Of a stretch of DNA of 64,000 bases, positions 9,838-19,587 are shown one piece after another (position 1 is the stretch's first letter; each line of letters starts with the position of its first letter). Below the pieces are notes generated by a model. That model was not told the DNA's origin and did no database searches. It was given only the letters and a program-made list of their open reading frames with translations. The DNA comes from a virus. The stretch spans positions 3,635 through 67,634 of IMG/VR virus record IMGVR_UViG_3300025860_001451; one strand, given 5' to 3'. Made by a program: the position numbers and the translations under genes.

Positions 9838-11694
9838 TTATTTTCCGTTGTGAATGTAACAGGGGGTAATTTGAGTGGTTGCGGTTGGATAATAAGCCGC
9901 TTCAAAAAAGCCTTTATTTTCTCCAAAACCCTCCATAGAAATTGGGTTATCAATAACCTGAGAATACTGAAGACACTTATAAACGTTTGGGTTGTCTTCT
10001 ATATATTCAAAAAGTTCTAATTTTGTAAATACATATATATTATAGCCTTTGTGTTTTCTTTTTAGGTTTTTCATTAATGAGTTTATTAAAATCAAATCTG
10101 TACCAGATTCTGGAACAACAACAGCGATTCTTTGACCTTCATCATCTTTTGACAATAAATCCTCAAAGACAACGGGCTTGTTTAAATTCTCTTTTTTTGC
10201 TATTTCTATAAAGTGATGATATAATCTGTTTTTATCTAAAGACCCAGAATCAAGATCTGATAGCCACTTTTTATATCCATCGGTATTTTCATCTACATCA
10301 TCATTGAGTATATTTTTATATAAGTCTATAATAAATTCTCCGTTTTCTAAATGTTCTTTCATCTCATAAAGTTCATTGTATACAACGTTTTCTATATCAA
10401 CGTCATCTTCTAAGAATGGCATGTCGTCAATAATTTTCTCTAATTGGCTGCCTATTACTTCTATGCTAAAATTATTTACAACCCAATTTCTTGATTTAAT
10501 TCCAAGAAGTGATCTTTCTTCTTCGGACATATCATAAACGTGTTGCAGTTGTTTATGGATGCTTTTTGCGTCTGTAGACGCCTTGATAAATTGTGTTCCT
10601 GGCTCTCTGTATTCGTGCCAGTCTAACGGGATACCTCCGCTTTCATCTGAACAACTATCTTCACCACAGGAGTAGTCTGTAACTAAGGTTATTAATTCTA
10701 CAAGTTTTGCTTCTTGAACTGGTATTTCTTGTCCGCCACTTGTAAATGGGTGGCAATAAACATCCATTAAATTGTATATCTCGTTGAGCTGTTTTTCTGA
10801 GACTCCAGCTTTAACATTAGCCGTGTTAGATGTTTTCTTTTTGCAGCTGGGACACTCCAACTCTTGTCCAGAAAAGCTTTTTATTTCATAATTATTGCAA
10901 GAGCTGCAAAAATATGTTGTTAAAACATTATGCTTGTTAATTTCTTTTTCGTTTATAAGTCTAAGTATATCCCAACCTTCACCCCAATGAGTGTGCAATA
11001 AAAGTTTTGAGTTCGGATTGTCTTTGTTAAAAGTTTTAAAACCATCTAAAATATTAGGAACAGATTTTCTCAACTGATTCCTAAATACAAAACCAACTAT
11101 GAAATCTTTTTTATTTATGCTGTTTTTTTCTCTTAGTTCGGATTTTTTATTATCACTTAGTTTATAGAAATTATTTGTGTCAAGTGAGCCCCTTAACGTT
11201 TTTACGTTATCATAACCTATTTTCTTAAACGCTTTTTCTGCGAAGCTTGACCAAACATAGTAATTTTTTATTTTAGGGGCATATTGAATTGCTTGAGGCA
11301 AAATCGGCAAACTGTCCAGCGTAGTCCAAATCATGCTGTTTACTTTATTCCACCAAGGCTTATGATGGAAGTTCGTAAAGGCCCATATATCTTCAACACC
11401 TATATAGACATCTGGTCTTTCAATTTTAACTATTTCATCTATCTCAAAAAAACCATATCCAGCCATTTGCTTTTGTTCTGCTGGCAGACTGGCGTGGTTC
11501 TTAGGTATTGTCCCGTAGCATTTCCAAGGCAAAAAATCAAGCTCTGGGTCGTCTTTCATCTTCATGTTTGCCGCCTCAATTACATTATATTTACCAGTAT
11601 TATAAAGATATTTTAATATATTTTTTTGGTTTTTGCCAAAACCAGTAAATGCCTTACACGAATTGGAGTGAAGTAATATGGTTTTTTTCTTCAT
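9838..11694 (-). CDS. GT-B glycosyltransferase (GT4-like) with inserted Zn ribbon and C-terminal GT9-like N-half
   Basis: TGFG, RNQLRK, YNLMDVYCHPFTSGGQEIPVQEAK. CSSC..CPSC ribbon. C-terminal RIAVVVPESGTDL..NPNV. Confidence 0.7.
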   Translation of the reverse strand: MKKKTILLHSNSCKAFTGFGKNQKNILKYLYNTGKYNVIEAANMKMKDDPELDFLPWKCYGTIPKNHASLPAEQKQMAGYGFFEIDEIVKIERPDVYIGVEDIWAFTNFHHKPWWNKVNSMIWTTLDSLPILPQAIQYAPKIKNYYVWSSFAEKAFKKIGYDNVKTLRGSLDTNNFYKLSDNKKSELREKNSINKKDFIVGFVFRNQLRKSVPNILDGFKTFNKDNPNSKLLLHTHWGEGWDILRLINEKEINKHNVLTTYFCSSCNNYEIKSFSGQELECPSCKKKTSNTANVKAGVSEKQLNEIYNLMDVYCHPFTSGGQEIPVQEAKLVELITLVTDYSCGEDSCSDESGGIPLDWHEYREPGTQFIKASTDAKSIHKQLQHVYDMSEEERSLLGIKSRNWVVNNFSIEVIGSQLEKIIDDMPFLEDDVDIENVVYNELYEMKEHLENGEFIIDLYKNILNDDVDENTDGYKKWLSDLDSGSLDKNRLYHHFIEIAKKENLNKPVVFEDLLSKDDEGQRIAVVVPESGTDLILINSLMKNLKRKHKGYNIYVFTKLELFEYIEDNPNVYKCLQYSQVIDNPISMEGFGENKGFFEAAYYPTATTQITPCYIHNGK

Positions 11695-12167
11695 TAAGTA
11701 GATTTTTTTTGGTTTTCTTCATCCCTGTAAATGAAGATTTTATTTAATACATATTTAAAGTATTGTATTAAAAGATAAGCTTCTGACATTTCCATGCCCA
11801 TTCCAAATTTATTAGCCGAGTTTCTTGTGACGGTAAAAGAGAATGCTTTAGAGCCATCGTTTTTTGTATATGGGTTGAATGATATAGCTGTTTTATTATC
11901 GTCGAAGCTATGAAAAGCCCCAAACTTTTCGTAGTTTTCTACAGCGTAAATAAAACCACCTAACTCGCTCTCGTTAAACTTTATGGATATTGATTTTTCT
12001 GGGTCTTTAGCGTTTTCAGCAAAAGAGCCGCTTCTTTTATCTGAATTCCAAGAGTGTTGTTTTACAGCGGACATATAAAGGCAAGGCTCTTCGCTTTTGC
12101 CTTGTATACCAATTCTGAAGCCAAATGCGCTTCCCGTATTTTTAGAGTTCGGTTTATAAAACTGCAT
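11694..12167 (-). CDS. Hypothetical protein, possibly Whirly/PC4-like ssDNA-binding protein
   Basis: 157 aa with two beta-strand/helix units (FYKPN..SISIKFNESELG; FSFTV..GMEMSEAYLL). Confidence 0.35.
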   Translation of the reverse strand: MQFYKPNSKNTGSAFGFRIGIQGKSEEPCLYMSAVKQHSWNSDKRSGSFAENAKDPEKSISIKFNESELGGFIYAVENYEKFGAFHSFDDNKTAISFNPYTKNDGSKAFSFTVTRNSANKFGMGMEMSEAYLLIQYFKYVLNKIFIYRDEENQKKST

Positions 12168-12172
12168 AATTT

Positions 12173-13618
12173 TTATTTTTTGTTTTTGTTTTTTGTTTTT
12201 ACTGGAAGGTCATTTATATTTATAACATTAACAGAATATTCTGAATCTTTGCTAACTGAAGACAAAGACCTAACTCCGACGCCATAATGACCTATTAAGT
12301 CAATATTGTCAAACTCAGTGGATAAATCTCTTGTGTTTGGTTTTTCAATAACAAGCCCATTTGGTTTTTTAATATAAGGCGAGTAACCAGTGGCCGAAAA
12401 AACCCTTTCCCAAGAAAGGTTTATTTTTAAATTTTTGTTTTTGTCAAAGCTTTTAGATACGTTTAACTTAGGTTTATCTAGCGGTTGAGTTCTATTTTCA
12501 ACGTTCATTAATTGCTCTTCGCTTTCTTCTTTGTTGGCGACGGGAGGGGGTATCGTAACGTCACATTGAGCATCGGCGATTGGTTTTACAATTAAAGTTT
12601 GAATTATTTTTTTTGTTTTAGGTAATTTTGATAAGTGGTGGTAATTTGATGTCGCTAAACCGCCCAAGCTTATAAATTTTTCACCTCTTTGGTTTTGAAA
12701 AAACTTTTGTTCTATGAAAGCTTCATAAAGCAGGTCAAGATAAAATATTGGGACAGCTAATTTCATTACCCTATTGAATGCCTTTAGAGTATCACTCTCT
12801 TCTAATTTTGTAAATTCAGAGTATTTTTTAATTATATCAGTCATTTGATTTTCATTAAATCCAACATTCAAACATAAATTACAAATACTAAATAAACTTG
12901 TGCCAGAGAATATGTCGCAACAATTTATAAATTTAAAAAGGCCGTTTCTTGTTATTACGTTTTGTTTTTTTAAATTTACATGGCAAGCCTGTCCAATATC
13001 AAACATCTTTTTGTCATAGTTTTTTAATATTTGAGTTTTAATTTCTTTAAGGCAGTCCAAAATTTCGTCTTTGTTTTTAAAATCTTTTAAAAGTTCAGAA
13101 TCATCTATAATTTTCTCACTTAATAGTTTTTCTATGTAGAAATCAAAACTATACCTGCATTCTAACTCAGAAAAACAGTCTACCAAAGAAAGCAAGGAGT
13201 CAAAGTTTTCGAATAAATATCCAGCACCAACTTCGTTTATATCTTGTGCGTATTCATAAGACGTCACAATATATATAATATCAGAACCACCTATTCTTTT
13301 TAAGCCTTGATGAATGTGTCTATTTGTAAAAATAGATTTATTTTTATGTAAAAACCTACCTTCAATTTTTAACGGTAAAGATTCTTTATCAAGAGATATT
13401 TTTACATTAAAAGATAACCCCGTTTCTTTTTGAGTTACTTTATAACTATCAAAGTTTTCGTTTTCTTCGAGAACTTCTATTTCACTTATTTCTTTTTCAT
13501 TTTTAAATTCAGAAAATATATCCCTTATGACCCCAAACAAGAATTTATCTTCTCCTTCTGTTAAGGTTTTCTTAGCAGTGATAAAGGCTTTATCTTTAAA
13601 AACCTGGCTGGAATTCAT
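12173..13618 (-). CDS. APH/choline-kinase-like protein with degenerate catalytic motifs and C-terminal beta (FN3-like) domain
   Basis: VKIS..E.RFL N-lobe. CHVNLKKQNV in place of HGDL..N and FKFIN in place of IDW. C-terminal INLSWERV..GY..YGVGVRS. Confidence 0.45.
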   Translation of the reverse strand: MNSSQVFKDKAFITAKKTLTEGEDKFLFGVIRDIFSEFKNEKEISEIEVLEENENFDSYKVTQKETGLSFNVKISLDKESLPLKIEGRFLHKNKSIFTNRHIHQGLKRIGGSDIIYIVTSYEYAQDINEVGAGYLFENFDSLLSLVDCFSELECRYSFDFYIEKLLSEKIIDDSELLKDFKNKDEILDCLKEIKTQILKNYDKKMFDIGQACHVNLKKQNVITRNGLFKFINCCDIFSGTSLFSICNLCLNVGFNENQMTDIIKKYSEFTKLEESDTLKAFNRVMKLAVPIFYLDLLYEAFIEQKFFQNQRGEKFISLGGLATSNYHHLSKLPKTKKIIQTLIVKPIADAQCDVTIPPPVANKEESEEQLMNVENRTQPLDKPKLNVSKSFDKNKNLKINLSWERVFSATGYSPYIKKPNGLVIEKPNTRDLSTEFDNIDLIGHYGVGVRSLSSVSKDSEYSVNVININDLPVKTKNKNKK

Positions 13619-13625
13619 ATAAACT

Positions 13626-13653
13626 ATACTATGAAAAATATAGTGTTTTTCAA
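13626..13653 (-). promoter_or_regulatory. Sigma70-type promoter, leaderless arrangement
   Basis: TTGAAA-16 nt-TAGTAT-7 nt-ATG(13618). Confidence 0.5.
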
Positions 13654-13656
13654 GAA

Positions 13657-13693
13657 AAAAAGCGGTACGTCAATTAAGAACGTACCGCTTTTT
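13657..13693 (-). terminator. Rho-independent terminator
   Basis: Perfect stem AAAAAGCGGTACGT / ACGTACCGCTTTTT with a 9-nt loop and U-tracts on both strands. Confidence 0.85.
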
Positions 13694-13713
13694 ATTGTTT
13701 GGTTGATATTAAA

Positions 13714-13941
13714 TTAAGCTACAGATCCGATTTTAACTCCTTTTGTCCTTAGCCCAGAAATACTTGACTTAGCGAGCTTTTTGTTTTCTTTGTTGTTTCT
13801 GTCGTAGACGACAACGTAAGAAGGGCTTTCGGATACAAACTGAGCGTTAATGGAACTCCCGTGTTTTGTATATAGTCCGAAGAAACGGCCTTTTGTTGAA
13901 CGGATGGCTTTCATTATTTTATTTTGATTACGTGTACTCAT
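13714..13941 (-). CDS. Small basic hypothetical protein
   Basis: Has its own promoter and terminator. Likely start is MSTRNQ (13941). Confidence 0.7.
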   Translation of the reverse strand: MSTRNQNKIMKAIRSTKGRFFGLYTKHGSSINAQFVSESPSYVVVYDRNNKENKKLAKSSISGLRTKGVKIGSVA

Positions 13942-13949
13942 AAGACTTG

Positions 13950-13978
13950 ATATTAGCATACATTTACTTTGTTGTCAA
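13950..13978 (-). promoter_or_regulatory. Sigma70-type promoter with extended -10, leaderless arrangement
   Basis: TTGACA-17 nt (ending TGC)-TAATAT-8 nt-ATG(13941). Confidence 0.7.
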
Positions 13979-16418
13979 CATTTTTTATCGATATTTCTAA
14001 TGTATTTTTATTTTCTACTATTATTTTGGCGGCTGGAACCTGAATTTTTTCTCTTATGTAGTTTTTTATATCTCTGGCGTGTAGGTTTTTATTTTTAATG
14101 TCATTGAATATACAATCAATAGATTTGGCTGTATAGTTAATGTTTATATTTGACAAAGATAGTTTTGACTTAATGATTGATAATTCGTAGTTAATTATTC
14201 TTTTTATATCATCTCCGCACAAGTCATTAAAAACAATTATTTCATTTATTCTGGCTATAAGTTCGGGTTTTAGTTTGCTTTTAACAGACTTCTTGAAACT
14301 ATCAGACTTTGGTTCTTCGTCTTGAATGAAGCCCATGCTTTTTTTAGAAGCTTTTTCGTTTCCTATATTGCTAGTCAATATAACAATTGACTTAGAAAAG
14401 TTTATTTTATCATGTTTGTTATCTTCTATATAACCTTCGTCTAAAATGTTAAGCAATATATTTAATACCTGGGGGTCAGCCTTCTCAATCTCGTCAAATA
14501 GCACAACACAATTTGGATTGTTTTTTACAAATTTAGTTAGGGAGCCACCTTCTTCGTAACCGACGTATCCAGAATTAGCTCCTATAAGCTTGTTTATCCC
14601 AGTTTTATCATGAAGTTCTCCCATATTTATTTGTATAATGGCTTTTTCATTACCAAAAAAATGCTTGGCTATTTTTTTTGCTGTATAGGTTTTACCGACA
14701 CTAGTTGGCCCAACAAAGAACATGCTGGCTAAGGGTTTGTTTTCGTCAGACAAACCAACTTTAGCACAAGATAATAAGTCGTTTATTTTTTGAAGCTCTT
14801 CGTTTTGGCCAAAAACTTCTTTTGAAATTCTATTAAGAAAAGAGCTAAAGCCTCCTTTATTATTCTGTATTTGTTTTATGGACACATTGCTTTGCTCTGA
14901 AACAATAGATATAATATCTGATTTTTTCATGTTTATTACCTCAACAGTATTTTCTTTATTTGCTTGTTTAATGTCCTCCATAAAAGATTCGAAATTTTCT
15001 TTTATTTTTATTTCATCAGTTTCGCCAGACATAAAAAACTTCATTAGTTTGTCATGCGAGTTTACTATTTTTCTAGGCGTTTTAAAGTTTTTGATTTTAA
15101 CTCTCGCGCCAGCCTGATCCATTATATCAAAAGCTTTGTCTGGGAATTTTTTGTCACTAATTAAATTGGCCGATATATCTACTATATAATCTATGCATGG
15201 CTTACTAAACTTTACATTATGAAATTTTTCATATTTTTTCTTGCAACTGTATAGTATTTTCTTTGTTTCTTCTTTTGAAGGTTCTTCTACCTTTATATTT
15301 AGAAACCTTCTCTTCATAGCGCCATCTTTTTCAAAAATTTTTGTATATTCTTTGCTTGTGGTAGCCCCAATGCATTTTATTTCACCTCTAGCTAAAAATG
15401 GTTTTAGCATATTGGCCGCGTCTAAGCCTCCCTCCTGGTTTCCTCCAGCGCCAAAAATGGTATGAATTTCATCAAAAAACAATATCATGTGCGGGTTCTC
15501 TTTTGCCATGTTTAAAAGGCTTTTGAATTTTTGCTCAAACTGACCTCTGTATTGTGTACCAGCAAGCATAGAACCTAAATCTATACCTAGAACTTCTGCC
15601 CCTATTAAATTGGTAGGGATATCAGCTTTGCAAATTCTGGAGGCTAGAGCTTCTATTATTGAGGTTTTACCAACTCCAGCGTCACCAGTAAGAATTGCAT
15701 TGCATTTATTTTTCTTGGATATAGTCTCAATTAAAACGTCAACTTCTTTTTCTCTTCCGTATATATCTGGTAGTTTACCTTCTATGTATAAACTGTTAAA
15801 ATTTGTTATAAACTCCATAGGAGAGTTTTGAGACTGAGCCTCTTCTCCTGAATTATTTAAATCTTTTTCAATGTCTTCTAAATCTAATCCAGAACTGTCC
15901 ACAACATCTTCAAGTCTTTTGCCTTTATTTTCTTTTACAAAATCAAAACAAACGAAGTTTTCAAGATCTTTTTTGAAATCTTCAACGTCGAAAACAAAAT
16001 CATCGAATTCGCCAAAGACATATGGAGAGGTATTTATGATGCCCAATAGTATATGTTCTATGCCAATATAATGCTGACCAAGTTCATTTGATATTTTGTT
16101 TGCATGGCCTACAGCATCGAGAACTTCTAAATGCCAAGGATCTGAGTTTGGGTTTGCAAAAAATTTCTCATCGTTTTTTAATTTTGCTTTTTTGATTATA
16201 GAAAGAAACTCTTTTTTTCGTGCTGTATCTACACCACACTCTTGCATAAAGAGATCAAAGTCTTCAGATGCGTTTTTTATACATCCGTAAAAAACGTGCA
16301 TATTATTTATATTTGAATGCCCTATTTTTTTTGCCGTTTCATGAGCATCCTTATAAGCTTTTTTAGCTCTAGGGGTAAGATTAAAATCTTTAAATATCAC
16401 AGGATTATATACACTCAT
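13953..16418 (-). CDS. clpC: Clp/Hsp100 ATPase, ClpA/ClpC type
   Basis: Clp N-domain repeats (IGIEHILLG). Two AAA+ modules (GDAGVGKT/FFDEIH; GPTSVGKT/LFDEIEKA), pore loop GYVGY, ClpP-docking-like SMGF loop. Confidence 0.85.
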   Translation of the reverse strand: MSVYNPVIFKDFNLTPRAKKAYKDAHETAKKIGHSNINNMHVFYGCIKNASEDFDLFMQECGVDTARKKEFLSIIKKAKLKNDEKFFANPNSDPWHLEVLDAVGHANKISNELGQHYIGIEHILLGIINTSPYVFGEFDDFVFDVEDFKKDLENFVCFDFVKENKGKRLEDVVDSSGLDLEDIEKDLNNSGEEAQSQNSPMEFITNFNSLYIEGKLPDIYGREKEVDVLIETISKKNKCNAILTGDAGVGKTSIIEALASRICKADIPTNLIGAEVLGIDLGSMLAGTQYRGQFEQKFKSLLNMAKENPHMILFFDEIHTIFGAGGNQEGGLDAANMLKPFLARGEIKCIGATTSKEYTKIFEKDGAMKRRFLNIKVEEPSKEETKKILYSCKKKYEKFHNVKFSKPCIDYIVDISANLISDKKFPDKAFDIMDQAGARVKIKNFKTPRKIVNSHDKLMKFFMSGETDEIKIKENFESFMEDIKQANKENTVEVINMKKSDIISIVSEQSNVSIKQIQNNKGGFSSFLNRISKEVFGQNEELQKINDLLSCAKVGLSDENKPLASMFFVGPTSVGKTYTAKKIAKHFFGNEKAIIQINMGELHDKTGINKLIGANSGYVGYEEGGSLTKFVKNNPNCVVLFDEIEKADPQVLNILLNILDEGYIEDNKHDKINFSKSIVILTSNIGNEKASKKSMGFIQDEEPKSDSFKKSVKSKLKPELIARINEIIVFNDLCGDDIKRIINYELSIIKSKLSLSNININYTAKSIDCIFNDIKNKNLHARDIKNYIREKIQVPAAKIIVENKNTLEISIKNVDNKVNVC

Positions 16419-18958
16419 TTTAGTTCGGATAGTTTCATATAAATTTTTTCTTCTATAGTCTTGATTGAGTCAACGAAGACGATGTCATCTCCGACAGACC
16501 CAGTTATGATGGCGATATCGCCCTTCTTGGGCAAGGTTTTACCAGAGTTCAAGTATTCTGTCAACCTTTCATTTGAATTGCTGTCTAAAAACAAACCGCA
16601 TACAGAACCCAGTTCATCTTGCATCTCAAGTCTTGCATATTTGTTTCCATTTCTGCTAGTTCTTTTGTTTATATCTGTTATCTGACCTACAAATTTAACA
16701 TTTCTTCTAGCTAACGAGTTTCTAATTGTTTCTGATGTGTGAAAACTTCTAGAGTCGCCATCGCAGAATATATCTCTAATAGTGTATGAATAGCTATAAC
16801 CTAACAGTTTGGTTTCAAAAAACCAGTTGGCGAACTTTATGTGGCTTGCGTTTTGTTCATATATACTTTTGTAAGGTAGGTATCTTTTCTTGAACGTCTC
16901 GAACCTACTATCAGAAAACAATACTCTGCCATCATCAGCTGGGGTCTGCTCTTTCTTGCAAGAGTGTATTGTATTAAGTATGTCGTAATTAAACTTATCC
17001 CCAAGTTCTATGACATTTCTTTTCTCTCTATCGGTTAGTATGTTGAATGTTTGAGCTTCCAAAACAAGCCTACAGCGGTCAGTTGTTACTAAAGAGTCAA
17101 GCATACCAGCCTGAATAAAGGCTGACATAGTTCCAATATTAACGTGGCAATCTTTAGCCGCCATAAATACATCATATTTATGGTCAAACTTATTCTCTCT
17201 GAATTCAATTAAGGATTCTATAACCTTTCCAGACACTCCTTTGATGGAATTTAATCCATATCTGATGTTTTCGCCATCAATTTTGAAGTCAAAACCCGAT
17301 AGATTTAGGTCTGGAGGTAGTAATTCTATACCAAAGTATGAAAGCTCTTGAGATATTTTAGCGATCTCCTCATGAGAGTTGGGCTCAAACCTAGCCATCT
17401 TAAGCAAGCTAAGAAAAAACTCTTTAGGATGGTTAAATTTTAAATAAATCGTAATAGCCGCTAAGTAAGCGTAGGATATGCTGTGAGATTTATTGAATGA
17501 ATAGTTGGCAGAGTCTTCTGCGACCTTCCAAAGAACATCTCCAATTGCTGGGTCTAAATTGTTTTCTTTAATTTTCTCTTCAATCTTAGCCTTCCAAGCT
17601 GGCATGTCCTCAACCTTCTTCTTGCCAACGATGCGGCGAAGCTGTTCTGACTCGTCGAGACTAAATCCGACCTTAACGGCCATCTTCATTAACTGCTCTT
17701 GGTAGAGGGGAATGCCCCCTGTATAACTTAAGATATCATCAAAGAATTCATGGACGCAGTTGAACTCTCCAGACCTAACATACTCAGAGTAGCTATCTTT
17801 GAAGTCTAATGCTCCAGGTCTTGCGATAGCAACAACAGCAGACAGCTGCTCAAGGTTTCGCGGCGCGACCTGTTTACAAACCTTGAAGTTTACGTCAGCC
17901 TCAATTTGGAACAAACCCTTGGGTTGTTGCAGACAGGATAGCGCAGTATAGATGCTTTCGTGATTAGGATCGATCTCAGCGGCTTTTAACCCAAGTTGGT
18001 CACAAGTATCATGAACAACCGAAAGCGTCCTCAGACCAAGGATATCAAACTTAACACTAAGACTAGCGACATCGTCCATATCGTAACCAGAAACTAAAGA
18101 TCCATCGTTGGTTTTTTGAAGAGGCATAATGTCCTCCTGCTTGTAATAACTGATTGAAATTCCAGATGGGTGAACGCCAGAATTTTTAATTAAGCCTTCA
18201 AGTTTTTGAGCAATGACAAAGGACTTCTTGTGTTTTTCTGCAAAGCCTTTAAAAGCTTCGCTTTCTTCAACAGCTACTTTAAGTTTCACTACTTTACCAA
18301 AATGCTTCGGTATGCTATCGCTAATCTGATTAACGTCAGTTTCAGATAACTCAGCAACAATTTTACCGCACTCCTTCATACAGAGTTTAGAGCTTAACGA
18401 GTTTAGTGTGAGGATTTTTGATGTTCTTCCTTTGTATTTTTCCTCAATGTATTTAATAACCTCGACCCTTCGATCATAAGAGATATCGTTATCAACATCA
18501 GCAAGTAGAGAGCCGTCAAGAAATACCTCGCCGTTATGTTCAATCTTTCTAGCCCTGCTTTTAGATACAAAACGCTCAAAGAACAAGCCGTGTTCAATAG
18601 GGTCAATGTTTGTTACTCCTAGCAGATATAAAACCAAGCTGCCAGCAGCACTACCTCTTCCAGCACCAGTTGGGATTTCTTTCTTTTTACAGAAATCAAG
18701 AATGTCCCAATTCAAAAGAATATAATCAACAAAGCCAAGATCATCAAGAACTTCAATTTCCATGATCGTTCTATCGAAGTATTCTTTCTTGTTTTCTTTT
18801 CCTCTTAAACCTCTGTCGCGTAAACCTTTTCTGCAAAGCTCCTTGAGAATATCAATACTACTGCTACCATGAGACAAACCAAGAGAGAGCAGGGTTTTGT
18901 CTGGGACAACAATTTCTGGGAGTTTAACTCCTACTGGGAATGGGTTCTTGTATCTCAT
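16415..18958 (-). CDS. dnaE: DNA polymerase III alpha subunit, catalytic core lacking PHP domain
   Basis: GRGSAAGSLV, FERF, DVDND, KFDILGL, YQEQLM, YSFNKSH and a C-terminal OB fold. Confidence 0.93.
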   Translation of the reverse strand: MRYKNPFPVGVKLPEIVVPDKTLLSLGLSHGSSSIDILKELCRKGLRDRGLRGKENKKEYFDRTIMEIEVLDDLGFVDYILLNWDILDFCKKKEIPTGAGRGSAAGSLVLYLLGVTNIDPIEHGLFFERFVSKSRARKIEHNGEVFLDGSLLADVDNDISYDRRVEVIKYIEEKYKGRTSKILTLNSLSSKLCMKECGKIVAELSETDVNQISDSIPKHFGKVVKLKVAVEESEAFKGFAEKHKKSFVIAQKLEGLIKNSGVHPSGISISYYKQEDIMPLQKTNDGSLVSGYDMDDVASLSVKFDILGLRTLSVVHDTCDQLGLKAAEIDPNHESIYTALSCLQQPKGLFQIEADVNFKVCKQVAPRNLEQLSAVVAIARPGALDFKDSYSEYVRSGEFNCVHEFFDDILSYTGGIPLYQEQLMKMAVKVGFSLDESEQLRRIVGKKKVEDMPAWKAKIEEKIKENNLDPAIGDVLWKVAEDSANYSFNKSHSISYAYLAAITIYLKFNHPKEFFLSLLKMARFEPNSHEEIAKISQELSYFGIELLPPDLNLSGFDFKIDGENIRYGLNSIKGVSGKVIESLIEFRENKFDHKYDVFMAAKDCHVNIGTMSAFIQAGMLDSLVTTDRCRLVLEAQTFNILTDREKRNVIELGDKFNYDILNTIHSCKKEQTPADDGRVLFSDSRFETFKKRYLPYKSIYEQNASHIKFANWFFETKLLGYSYSYTIRDIFCDGDSRSFHTSETIRNSLARRNVKFVGQITDINKRTSRNGNKYARLEMQDELGSVCGLFLDSNSNERLTEYLNSGKTLPKKGDIAIITGSVGDDIVFVDSIKTIEEKIYMKLSELK

Positions 18959-19587
18959 AATTCAATATCGTAAAGTTGTTTTTTGAAAATCTTAAAGTTC
19001 ATTTCAATGTCGTATAAAGCATCATGGAGTCTCTTTTTATCGAAGTCAATCTCATACTTCTTAAGTAGCGAGAGCTGGGAGGTTTTCAAGCCCCTCTGCC
19101 TGTAGTCTAACCATCTGTATTGCCAGTAGATGAAGTTGTCTTTGTCAACTGGAGACTCTTTAGCTATCGCCATCGCTAAACATTTGGTGTCTATAATTCT
19201 TTCTATATAAGATTGGTCTAGTTTTTCACCAATCAATTTACGCCAAACATCCACCATGTAAACATCAAAACCCAAAAGGTTTTGTCCAATAATAAGATAG
19301 TCTTCGTCGTATAAATACTTGGAGAGTTCTTTCCAAACAGAAAAGGGATCTTCCGCGTTTCTGTTATAGAATTTTCTGTCGAAGCCTGTTATTCTGGCAG
19401 CATCCCTTGAAACATTTAAATCTTTCCACATGATAAGTTTGTCATACTTCTTGATGATTTTATCTCCTTCAATTACCAGCCAAGCCGCTTGCCAAGGTTT
19501 AGACTTAATTAGATTTAAGCCCTCGGTTTCAGTATCGAAAACAATATACTTTTGCTTTTTGTTGTATCTTAGTAGGTTGTCGTTCAT
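18955..19587 (-). CDS. DEDDh 3'-5' exonuclease (DnaQ/epsilon-like)
   Basis: FDTETEG, QN..FD, IDT and HDALYD motifs. Confidence 0.9.
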   Translation of the reverse strand: MNDNLLRYNKKQKYIVFDTETEGLNLIKSKPWQAAWLVIEGDKIIKKYDKLIMWKDLNVSRDAARITGFDRKFYNRNAEDPFSVWKELSKYLYDEDYLIIGQNLLGFDVYMVDVWRKLIGEKLDQSYIERIIDTKCLAMAIAKESPVDKDNFIYWQYRWLDYRQRGLKTSQLSLLKKYEIDFDKKRLHDALYDIEMNFKIFKKQLYDIEL

